From Zygophlyctis sp. KS116 (Eukaryota; Fungi; Chytridiomycota), in assembly GCA_054661495.1 (NCBI GenBank), contig BAAFSQ010000056.1:17616-49615 (forward strand): DNA of 32,000 bases, in the 5' to 3' direction. Positions 11,117-23,036 of this stretch are shown in pieces. The translations under genes were made by a program, and so were the position numbers. The first letter of the stretch is position 1, and every line of letters begins with the position of its first letter. The notes below the pieces were generated by a model. The model did no database searches. It was not told the DNA's origin and worked only from the letters and a program-made list of their open reading frames with translations.

Positions 11117-12293
11117 ATGAAATTCTTGACTCTGGTGTGTTTGATTCCCCATCTTTTGGCGTATGGTGGCAAATTACGAAAGGCGCTTCCGAAAACTGTT
11201 CCGTTAAAACATGATTATGAGGCTCAGATCTTTGATTCGATTGATGACATTAGAACCGAATATCAATGGGATGATAAAGTTTCCATGGATGCTGATGTTA
11301 AGGATGGTTCTGATGAAATGGATTTTCAGACACCAAAATTAAAAATAACGGTTCCAATGTATGAAGACAATAGCCGTAAATTTAAAATTGGTGCATTCCC
11401 GAAACAAGAGATTACGTATCAGATGGGCACAAGAGTTCTTACAGATGATGTGGCAATCTATATTATATACTATGGGGGCTGGTCTCAACAACAAAAAGAT
11501 ATTTTGAATGAATTTACGGCATCGTTAGGGGACTCATGTGCGTTTATATAAATTTAAAGATTAGCTTGGTGGAACATTATGCGAAAATATTACTCTCAAA
11601 AGGATATTAACTCTGAAAAAGTTTATGTACGAGGAAATATGTCAGTTAAAGGAATTGTGGATGATGAATACTCTCTAGGGTATAAATTGGAAGGTGATGC
11701 ACTTTCGGATATTGTTAGAAATCAAGTGAATAAAGGGGCACTTCCTCAAGATTCTAAAGGAGTTTATATGATCTTAACCTCTGATGATGTTAAAGAAGTT
11801 TACAGGTATGGAGACGGAGAAATGTGTGTAGACTATTGTGGTTATCATCTAACTGGAGAATTTACCGATGGATCAATCTTTTACTTTGCAATGGTAGGAG
11901 TTTTAGCGAAATCTTTAACAATATAGGCTGGTAGACCATCAAAATGCTTATCTGGCTGTGCAGGCTCAAATATTCGTACTTCTCCAAACAATGATCCTGC
12001 AACTGATGCAATGGCCTCAACAATTGCTCATGAGCTTGCTGAAGCTGTATCTGATCCAGATGATGAACTGGTAGAGACTAGAGCTTGGAATGCCGCAGAT
12101 GGAATGGAAAATGGTAATTTTACGTAATTTACCTAAAGGTGATATGTGCTCCTACAAGTTTGGACCTACTATGCAAAATATAAATTCTGATGGTCGCAGA
12201 TCCATGTACAATTACATTAGTGGTGCAGGACAAAAATTTCTCGTTCAGCAAAATTGGGATCCTGAACTGCAAAAGTGCGTATCAAGCGCTTAA
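11117..12293 (+). CDS. Secreted PHI-1/EXORDIUM-like (phosphate-induced protein 1 family) protein, copy 1
   Basis: Signal-peptide-like MKFLTLVCLIPHLLA. Family motifs IYIIYYGGWS, SWWNIMRKY, VYMILTSDDV, YCGYH, SPNNDPATDAMASTIAHELAEAVSDP, ENGDMC and FLVQQNWDP..KC. Introns at 11538-11564, 11894-11926 and 12114-12138. Confidence 0.82.
11389..11628 (+). repeat. 240-bp exact direct repeat, copy A (partner at 13009-13248)
   Basis: Line-by-line identity at offset 1620 from tggtgcattcccgaaacaagag to ctctgaaaaagtttatgt, including a 27-nt intron. Confidence 0.95.
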
Positions 12294-12478
12294 ATTACTA
12301 GATTTGGCATTATATTATTAATTTAATCAAGTAATGACAATCCGTTCTATCTGAGAATTTAAGCCACCTTTTCAAGTAAATCACATGGAGTAAATCCGAT
12401 CCGGAACCTGACATCGAAAAGCCATGCGCTTGTCGTTTGAATGATCATGCCCACCTCGGGCTTAAATTTGCTTTAATA

Positions 12479-13913
12479 ATGAAATTCTTGACTCTTGTAT
12501 GTTTGATTCCCCATATTTTGGCTTATGGTAACAAATTACGAAAGGCGCTTCCGAAAACTGTTCCGTTAAAACATGATGTTGAATCCCTAGATTTCCAATC
12601 CTATTGGGATGAATATGTTGCGGAAAAAAGCCAGGATTTCCATAATTCCGGTCCGGTGAAAGCAGATTTTAAGAACGGCGTGTTTGATGAAACATTCATG
12701 ATGGAAAACGTGCCTAAAGACAATGCTGGCAAGACTAGAAATTCTGAACCAAAAACGTTTCTAGACCAAGAAGATGTTGTTGGTCCTGCTGTCCCACCAT
12801 CAATGCAAACTGCTGAAGGATCGCTGCAATTGATAAAATCAAAGAATTTCCATGATCAAATGCGCAATAGATTGTCTAATGATGCCCTTTTGAGTATTGA
12901 TGCAGGTAAACTTTTCTACATATTGACTTTAGACGACTACTCAGAAGAATTCGCTGATATCCCAACTTTAAAAGTTACTGTCCCACTTTCTAGTTATGGA
13001 TTTAGATATGGTGCATTCCCGAAACAAGAGATTACGTATCAGATGGGCACAAGAGTTCTTACAGATGATGTGGCAATCTATATTATATACTATGGGGGCT
13101 GGTCTCAACAACAAAAAGATATTTTGAATGAATTTACGGCATCGTTAGGGGACTCATGTGCGTTTATATAAATTTAAAGATTAGCTTGGTGGAACATTAT
13201 GCGAAAATATTACTCTCAAAAGGATATTAACTCTGAAAAAGTTTATGTTAAGGGGAAGCTAAGGCTCATCAAATCTGTTGATGATCCTTATTCTTTAGGT
13301 AGAGACTTGAATAATGATGCTTTACCTCGTCTGATTAATTCAAAGGTTCAGAATGGAATGCTACCCAAAGATTCTTCTGGGATATATATAGTTTTGACGT
13401 CTGATGATGTTCAAGAAGAGTTTAAAATGGGTAAGGCACGAATGTGTCGTGATTATTGTGGTTATCATCTAACTGGAAAATTCACTGATGGATCCATCTT
13501 TTACTACGCATTGGTGAGAAACTTGGAAAAAATTACTAATTACATAGGCTGGTAGACCTACTAAATGTCTTCTTAGTTGTGGAGGTCCAAATGGCCGATC
13601 ATCTCCCAATGGTGATCCTGCTACTGATGCAATGGTCTCTGCCATTGCTCATGAGTTGGCTGAAGCTGTATCAGATCCTGAAGTTAAAGGGGTCAAAACC
13701 AGGGCATGGAATGATGCAAAGTATATGGAAAATGGTATTTATAATTTTTTCATTTTAAAAGGTGACATGTGTGCATACAAGTATGGTCAGCTCCAAAGAG
13801 TATCTACTGGAGGAAGAAATTCATTCTACAATTACGTCAGTGCTGCGGGGACAAAGTTTTTAGTGCAGCAAAATTGGGATCCTGAATTGCAAAAGTGCGT
13901 ATCTTCTGCTTAA
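12479..13913 (+). CDS. Secreted PHI-1/EXORDIUM-like protein, copy 2
   Basis: Near-identical N-terminus to copy 1 with a longer acidic pro-region. Same motifs (SPNGDPATDAMVSAIAHELAEAVSDP, FLVQQNWDP). Introns at the same three sites as copy 1, plus a probable intron at 12906-12932. Confidence 0.82.
13009..13248 (+). repeat. 240-bp exact direct repeat, copy B (partner at 11389-11628)
   Basis: Identical to 11389-11628. Confidence 0.95.
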
Positions 13914-13974
13914 ATATATGTAATACTTGAGAATCCAACGAAATTTTAATGATTTTCATTTAAGCAGCTTTGAA

Positions 13975-14976
13975 ATGAAACTTTTGGTAATCACGTTTTT
14001 GGGTTTCTGTTCGTCTTGGCCGATACATGAGATCGTATCTCCCAATTCGAAACTGATTGAAGATTGGACTAATGTCAAGCTACGGATAGCTGCTCCGAAA
14101 ACTCACCAGAGTCAAATACCCGCTTTTACTAGCAATCATTTGAAATACCATTTAGGAAATCCGGTGCTTACGGATCCTGTAGATATATTCTGTAATTTAT
14201 TTGTACTAAGGCAAGATATTTTCTATGGAGACTGGCAGAAATATAATAAGGATGTGCATGTGCTGGAGAATCTAGCAGAACATATAGGAAATACCTCATG
14301 GTATGGGATCATGAAAGACTATTATTATCAGGAGTCTGTAGACTCTGAAAAGGTGTTTGTAAGTGGGGTGGTGAACTTTGTTAAAAGTGTTTATGATCAT
14401 TACTCTTTTGGAAAAAGATTAGAAAATGAAAATGTACTACAAATTATTCAGAAACAGATCGATTTGGGAGCTATTCCCGAAAAATATTCTGCATTGTATT
14501 TTGTTTTAACATCTTCAGACGTGGATGAAGTTTTTCAAGAAGAAATATTAGGAAGAGATTATTGTGGGTACCATTATACTGGAATTTTAAAGTCAACGCA
14601 AAAGATATTTTATTCTGTTGTGGGACATCCGGCGAGATTTAAAGGATGTATTGATTCTATCATTAATAGCACACCAAACGGTCCTGCGATAGATTCTATG
14701 GCTTCTACTATAGCTCATGAACTTGTTGAAGCGGTTTCTGATCCAGATGATGATGATAATAGATCGTGGGAGGACTCTGAATTCATGGAAAATGGGGATA
14801 AATGTTCAGTAAACACCATTTTTTAAAACTTATAATAGTATTGTTACGGGAAAACATCAAGATATAATGGTTTTGTATATAATATAGAAATGGGAGGATT
14901 TAAGTACTTGATACAGCAGAATTGGGATATTGTTAACCAAAGATGTGAAAATTCTAGAGCGCAACGATTAGAATAA
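13975..14976 (+). CDS. Secreted PHI-1/EXORDIUM-like protein, copy 3
   Basis: Signal peptide MKLLVITFLGFCSS. Motifs IFYGDW, SWYGIMKDY, YFVLTSSDV, YCGYH, PNGPAIDSMASTIAHELVEAVSDP and YLIQQNWD. Introns at 14192-14215 and 14809-14838; stop at 14974-14976. Confidence 0.82.
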
Positions 14977-15109
14977 ATATGATGAGTAGTGTACAAGTTG
15001 CACAGAATATTCGAGTCAATAAACTAAGGGACGTTTCAAACGTTGCCGCAATAACCAGCGCCAAGGCCGCCCGGTAGTTGCTACCGCAAATAAATCGAAT
15101 TAATAACTG

Positions 15110-16639
15110 ATGTTGTTAAATTCGATCGCTTTAATTTTCACTTCTTTATCATTTGCAGTCGCAGCTAATGCATCTGGAAATGAATTTGAAGCAACTTTCA
15201 ATAAGTTCATGGCCAATTTTACTGCAGAAATAACTAGAAAATCAGCAAACATATCTTACCAGAATTTGGAGCAACTCAAGGCTGAAAACAATGGCCAGCT
15301 ACCAATGTCCGATTCGGAATTCATTCAGGAGTCTGATTTTTTTTTACAGGAAAAGATTGATTTGTTTAAAGTTAAAGCACATAAAACATTTCTGGATGCT
15401 ATTTCTAATACAAACAAGAATTACTATATTTTCGATACAGATCGCAGTTTGTGGCATAAACCAGATCAGGGCTTTGAAAAGGTTCTTTTTGATGGGGCGA
15501 ATCGAAATGCGAAAATTTTGAGGGATCAACTCACCGAGGATTTGGAAGCGACATTAACTTCTTCTCAATCCGATTTAGAAAAGAGGAAATTTGCCATTGG
15601 CCGGCTGTTCCCTGGCATCACTCGTAGTTTTACTAGGGGCTCTCGAGTATTGATTTCAAGATTTAAATCACCAACTGTAGTGCGGACCTTGAAAGGAATG
15701 CTTCTTTTTTCAACCACACTATTATTAGTATTTCTGGTTAATCGTTATTGGAAGTTTACAGCTTTAAATGATAAGTATTCCCCAGCCCCACGGTATAGAA
15801 TTGGCAATAAAGTATTGACAGAAGATGTCAACATCTACTGTAATAAATTATATATATAATGAACATAGTGATCTGGTATGGAGACTGGGCTGGAAAAGAT
15901 TCAGGGATAGAAACTATGGAGTATTTAGCTGATCATATCAGTGATTCGAATTGGTATACAACATTGAGGGATTACTACTACCAGGCAAATTTGATGTCAA
16001 AGAAAACCTTCATAAATGGCACAGCTCATTTCAAGAAAAGTTATTTTGATATATATTCTGCAGGGCGTGAATTGAATGATCCCTTAAAAGTGGAAGAAAT
16101 TCTAAAAAATCAGCTTGCTGGAAACTTACCGGATCCCAATGGCTTATATTTTGTTTTTGGATCTCCTGATATAGCTGAGCATTATACATCTAACGAAAAT
16201 GCCTGCGGGTGGCATAGTTATACACATGATTTGGCAGATTATCCTACATATTATGCATACGTGCAAGTAACTATTATATTAAGACTAATGACAGAATGTA
16301 GAAGGACATCATAATTGCCATGCTCCAATATTAAGCCCAGACAGCTCCCCTAATTCAGATTTAGCTGTAGATGCGATGGCTTCAATTTTTGCCCATGAAT
16401 TGGTAGAGATTATATCAGATCCAATTCCTGATAATCCATCATGGATAAATTCAAAAGGTTTGGAAAATGCAGATATATGCGCAGTAAGATTTATTATATT
16501 TTACAAAAAGTGGAAATTTGGAAATGTGACAAGAACTCCAGACGGTAAAGTCTTCAATTCGAAAGTTGGAGATAGAAATTTTCTGATTCAGGGTAATTGG
16601 GATTTACATTCCAATAATTGCTCAATCGGAAAAAAATGA
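15110..16639 (+). CDS. PHI-1/EXORDIUM-like protein, copy 4, with long N-terminal extension and internal hydrophobic segment
   Basis: Signal peptide MLLNSIALIFTSLSFAVAA. Motifs IWYGDW, NWYTTLRDY, YFVFGSPDI, CGWHS, SPNSDLAVDAMASIFAHELVEIISDP and FLIQGNWD. Introns at 15840-15868, 16267-16294 and 16484-16510. Confidence 0.8.
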
Positions 16640-16692
16640 AAATTATAGAATCATAAATAGAGAAATCGCGAGGAAACGGAATTAAGTGAGAA

Positions 16693-18319
16693 ATGAGAAA
16701 TCGGTCAGCAAGAGAAATATTTTTTTGTCGAAACAAGGCGACTCTTTCCAGTCATCATGGGAGATTAAATGTCAGCTATCCAACATTACATCAATCAGAT
16801 GTTATCATAGTTGGAGCAGGAATCAGTGGATTGGCAGCGGCGGCTACACTAAAGCAAGCTGGCTATCGCACAGTGGTTTTAGAGGCAAAGGATAAAATTG
16901 GTTGGTTTTTGATCTGTAATAGTAGGCGGAAGGATTCAAACTTACAGAGGATTTAAAACTCCTATAGATCTAGGAGCCAGCTGGATCCATGGATTAGATG
17001 GCAATCCTTTATCTAAATTAGTAAGTAATCCCAGCTTATTATACTTTCTGGATACTGGAGATGTTAGAACCATGGATGGAAGAAGATCCCTTACACGAGA
17101 TCAGTCATCTCATATGCTCTCAAAAATATGGGCATTACATGGTCGAATGGTTTCTGCATCAAAGAAAAGTAAAAATAATTCCTCATTAAGTCAGTTTATT
17201 GCAAATGATCACCAATGGCAGATGGATGTCGCAGAGGTATTGCCTTAATTATTAACTTTGAGAATGAATTGATGAAATCTTACCTCCCAAAACTTACACA
17301 ATTCTTTGAAAACATTGAAGGTGATTCTCTAGATAATATATCTTTGCACGAATATGATACAGATCCTTTTAAGGGGAAGCATGGATACGTATTATCAGGT
17401 ACTATTATATTTATCATGATTTTCTCTATTTTAAACTGATAAAAAGGTTATGACGATTTTGTACATAGAATTGCAAAGCCTCTAAGTTTTGGAGGAAATA
17501 TTAGACTTAATCATGTAGTGCATCAAGTAAACTATTCAAAAAATCACGGTATCTATTTAGATTAATCAAAAAGTCATGGTTAGAACAAATCAGATGGATT
17601 TTAAAGCCCCACATTGTATTGTTACACTTCCATTAGGCTGTCTTAAAATTCATCATCAGTCATTGGTATGATATTCAGATTTAAAAGAAAGTTTCATCCG
17701 CCTCTTCCACAAGAAAAACAAGAAAGCATTCAAAATCTAAAAGTGGGCCTTCTTAATAAGATTGTATTAAATTTCCCCAAAGTCTGGTGGCCAGAAGAAT
17801 CTGATAGCTTCCATATACATTCTACTGATTTTAAAACACCCGGTCATGTATGGGTGCTGAACCAATACAAATTTCATAAAAAAGAACCAATTCTTGTAAT
17901 CCATGTATCTGGACCTCAAGCCTATGAACTTGAGACAAATTCTGACAGTCAAATAACTAGTAGAATACTAGAAATTCTAAGAAAAAGCTTTTCAGAGACG
18001 ATACCAGAGCCGATAGATTACTTGATTACGAGATGGAAAAACGATGCATTTTCTCTAGGATCTTATTCTGTAATTATCCTAATCTAATAATTAGTATGTT
18101 GGATCTCGTTCAAAAGAAACAAAGAAATATTTTTCAGATCTTGCAAATCCAGTTAATGACCTTTTATTTTTTGCAGGCGAAGCCACGAGCAGCAATCACT
18201 TTGCAACTGCACATGGAGCCTACTTGAGCGGAATTAGAGAAGCTGAAAGGATTATCTCAAAATTAAAACAACTGGACTTCGGAGTCGACATGACTTCTGG
18301 AAAAGCAAAAGATTATTAA
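16693..18319 (+). CDS. Flavin-dependent amine oxidase (polyamine oxidase / LSD-like catalytic family), multi-exon
   Basis: FAD-binding DVIIVGAGISGLAAA..L...G...VLEAKDKIGGRI (intron 16901-16925), then DLGASWIHG, IVTLPLGCLK, LNKIVLNF..VWW, TRWKNDAFSLGSYS and FAGEATSSNHFATAHGAYLSGIREA. Stop at 18317-18319. Confidence 0.9.
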
Positions 18320-18336
18320 AAATCAAAAAAGTGCGG

Positions 18337-18855
18337 ATGGATTTAGAAAAGGAATTGAGAGATTTGAAATCACAAATATATGAAATTGAAGAAAAATTAA
18401 GAAATGCTGGTAATACTATGGACAAGGAATATAATTATGAGTCGGACTTGATTGAAAAAGTGTACGAAATTTGCCAAGATCAATGTGAGACTTCGTTGTT
18501 GGAGAAAGTACTGCAAGTATGCTCGCTAGAAAATGATGCAAAAAATCAAACTAACATTCCAAGTGAAGGAGTATATTGTCCCATCTCACAAAATAATTCG
18601 CCAACGCATCATTTATTAGTCCCAAGAATAATAGACTATTCTATAGTATCAGAAGCGGATGACACGTTTATTGAGGTAATGACTGGGAATTAATAATAGA
18701 GAAATATTGAAAGAATTCAGCAAAAATATTTACCCATTGATGATCAGAGGAAAATATTAGAGACTAATTATTCTATTAATTGCAAGAGTAATGCATGGAA
18801 TGATTATGAAAATATTCTAGATTCTGATAGAATCAGAAGGCTCAAAAAGATCTGA
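18337..18855 (+). CDS. Small 164-aa coiled-coil protein, possible STIL/Ana2/SAS-5-like centriole assembly factor
   Basis: Exons 18337-18675 and 18700-18855 with a 24-nt GT-AG intron. N-terminal coil EKELRDLKSQIYEIEEKL, internal PRIIDYS...NIERIQQKYL, C-terminus NILDSDRIRRLKKI*. The gene model is well supported; the family call is tentative. Confidence 0.5.
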
Positions 18856-18942
18856 AGCACACACGTCATTCTCAACCAGAGAACAAAGGACGTTTGCATC
18901 ATTCTCTTTTTTTTAAAAATTACAAGAAATCTAGCAATACAT

Positions 18943-19713
18943 ATGGATACAGACTCTTCTTCAATCACACTTCATGAGCAATTTAAAAGGCGCCAAGATT
19001 CATTTCAAGAGGCTTTCCAAATTTATGAACCTTTTGAATTAAATAGCAGTAACAGTTCTCCAATATTAAGCGGGCAAGCATCTGATGGTCTTAATAGTGA
19101 TTCTCTTAAATCGGACTCTACTGTTTTGTCTGATAAAATCATCCCTGTAAAATGCTCACAGTCTGATAATATTGGCAAAATCAATAAGAAGAGAGGATCA
19201 GTTCGTCCGAATCATACTCCTCGTCCTCCAAACTCTTTTATTCTGTATCGCAGAGACAAGCACGCTGAAATCTTAATGAAGAGTGACACTGAAAGAGTTT
19301 TCAATAATAACACAATTTCTAGAGTTGTCGCAGAAATGTGGAAAAAAGAAAGCGCTGATATAAAACAATTATATGCAGCAAAAGCTGAAGAGGAGAAGCA
19401 AAAACATTTCTTAAAGTATCCAGACTACAAGTATCAGCCACGCAAGAACAAGAAACCATCCAACAATAAGCCTTACAAAAAATCATCATTCGAAGCTAAA
19501 ATCACAACATCAGAATCAATACATCCTTTGAATCATCATTATCCTTTTAGCTTTGGACAAACATTCCCATCTCCTTGGGCACATCAACACTACATGTACG
19601 ATTTCCACTCTCAATTCTCATTCAACGTCGAACCATCATCTCAGACATTTTGCGAATATAAATCAATTGATGACTACACATTGAATCAGATGGAGCCAAA
19701 TTATCAGTTTTAA
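18943..19713 (+). CDS. Sequence-specific HMG-box transcription factor (MATA_HMG / ROX1 / SOX-like), intronless
   Basis: HTPRPPNSFILYRRDKH...NNTISRVVAEMWKKESADIKQLYAAKAEEEKQKHFLKYPDYKYQPRKNKK is a complete single HMG box with a basic tail. Confidence 0.92.
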   Translation: MDTDSSSITLHEQFKRRQDSFQEAFQIYEPFELNSSNSSPILSGQASDGLNSDSLKSDSTVLSDKIIPVKCSQSDNIGKINKKRGSVRPNHTPRPPNSFILYRRDKHAEILMKSDTERVFNNNTISRVVAEMWKKESADIKQLYAAKAEEEKQKHFLKYPDYKYQPRKNKKPSNNKPYKKSSFEAKITTSESIHPLNHHYPFSFGQTFPSPWAHQHYMYDFHSQFSFNVEPSSQTFCEYKSIDDYTLNQMEPNYQF

Positions 19714-20161
19714 GCATTATTAAACATTTTATTACAGATTAACGGCATTGTTTAGATGACGACGCAGTCATTGTCTGAGGTAATTATCAGTCTGTGGTGG
19801 AAATGCACAGCGCTTATAAGGGATTTAAGTATTGGAGATTGATGATTGATGAGACTATAAAATTATTTGCAAGAAGATTCTAAGGATAGTTATAGTTTCG
19901 GAGGGCGGTTGAATTAGATTTCTAGAGGTGGAAATACATGTGCCATCCACCTTTTGTTTTGCAAATCCTACTGAGGGATATTTATGCTGTTGCATCTCTA
20001 CTAGATCATAACAATGAGTCACTGGACCACACTTTATTGGATGAATAGAAACATCAATGCCCCAACGCCTCCTTTATTAACCATTCAAATCCCGAGATTC
20101 GATCGGACACAAAATTATTCTCAAACTGAAACTCTCAACCAATCAAACCATCCAAGCAATC

Positions 20162-21146
20162 TTAAAAATCAGCCCAAACATTAAATAGGCTCTTGAAATC
20201 CAGATCAAATCCTTTTACTCTAGTTTTCTGAGAAGCAATCCAAGTTGACCTTTTTAAAACTAGTTTCCATTCAGATTTTTCCAATAAACCATAAATTATG
20301 CCTGATATCCATGTATCCCCAGCCCCTACGGAATCTATAGGAATGACTTCTGGTGCCGTAGCATGATACACAGTGCCTGAGGAATCTTTACCGTATGCGC
20401 CCATTCCACCCCAAGAGCAAAATAATAGAGCTCTATTATTACTGTAATAATTTTACCCTGGTTTAACTTTCAAGTCTGAATTCAGAAATTCTTGAGCAGT
20501 CTCATATCCCTTCTTTTTAACAAATGATGATGAAAAGAAAAGAACGTCTGCCAAAGGAATTAAAGAGTCGATATTTGTCCGATCTCCTTTTTCAAATTCT
20601 ATAGAAATTGTAATAGGATAATTAGCATGTCTCTGCAAGAAAGTAATCATCAAGTATGTTTCTGAAATATTTCTTCCTTCAAAATGAAACCAATTCCGAG
20701 AGGAATGCAGAGACGATTTACAAATTGAAAATTCATCTAGTGTCATATCATTTACAGGATTATAATTGATCACTGTTCTAGAAACTCCAGTTGAAATTAT
20801 CCAACTTGAAGAATTCTCAACTTGTGGTCTAAAGACTGAATAATCCAAACAAACTCCTTTTTCCAGTAAATCTTGTGTTAGAGAGTCTTCAACCGATCCT
20901 CCAAAAGCTCCTAAAAAGTAAATTTTCTTGAGAGTATTCAATTGGCACAGAACTTGTAGCGAATTTCCTGAATTTCCTCCACGCCGGCTTTCTACATTGC
21001 TTGTATGAATCTTTTCGTCTTCACTAGGATATTCATCCACATGCAGGATGATATCTTTACAAATTGCACCAACAAAGTAAATATGTGCATCGTGATGATT
21101 GTTATTATCTCCGATTTTTGTCATAACTTCCGAGTTGTATTCATTC

Positions 21147-21148
<2 letters not shown>
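20162..21148 (-). CDS. Ketohexokinase-like PfkB/ribokinase-family sugar kinase
   Basis: Motifs YPSEDEKI...RRGGNSGNSLQVL, SRTVIN, WFHFEGRN, ISIEFEK, ADVLFFS, SWGGMGA and DSVGAGDTWISG. One 24-nt intron near 20433-20456. The start is either ATG 21148 or 21124. Confidence 0.85.
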
Positions 21149-22845
<1,697 letters not shown>

Positions 22846-23036
22846 ACAAAATTATAATGATTTACTCTAGAAAAATATTGTCCAAATGAAAAGTCCGAAA
22901 ATATCGTGATTATGGGAGATCCTTACACATGCTCGCATAAATAATGTTGACATAATATGTAATCATAATTTAATAAAATATCATCATAAATATGTTTGAT
23001 TGACTGCTGTATCATGTATTAAACCCTAGGATAATT

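Noticed and set aside
10981-11214. ORF 10981-11214 (77 aa) and the upstream extensions of ORFs 11072 and 12437
   Set aside because: ORF 10981 overlaps PHI-1 copy 1 out of frame. Paralog similarity begins exactly at MKFLTLVC, marking the real starts (11117, 12479).
12345-12430. TPP riboswitch-like words CTGAGA (12351-12356) and GAACCTGA (12404-12411)
   Set aside because: The spacing is too long, no P2/P4/P5 helices or closing GCG..GGA are evident, and the downstream gene is unrelated to thiamine.
11389-13248. The 240-bp direct repeats as LTRs or a transposon
   Set aside because: They lie inside the coding regions of two paralogs, with no target-site duplication or transposase/RT sequence. 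No mobile element, tRNA, rRNA or CRISPR array was recognised anywhere in the window.
19714-20161. Possible small spliced gene between the HMG gene and the sugar kinase
   Set aside because: Only short frames with no recognisable motif, and I could not build a consistent exon chain.
23021-23028. Telo-box-like AAACCCTA upstream of MCCC2, and ACGT cores near several start codons
   Set aside because: Short motifs with too few instances to separate from background without genome-wide statistics.
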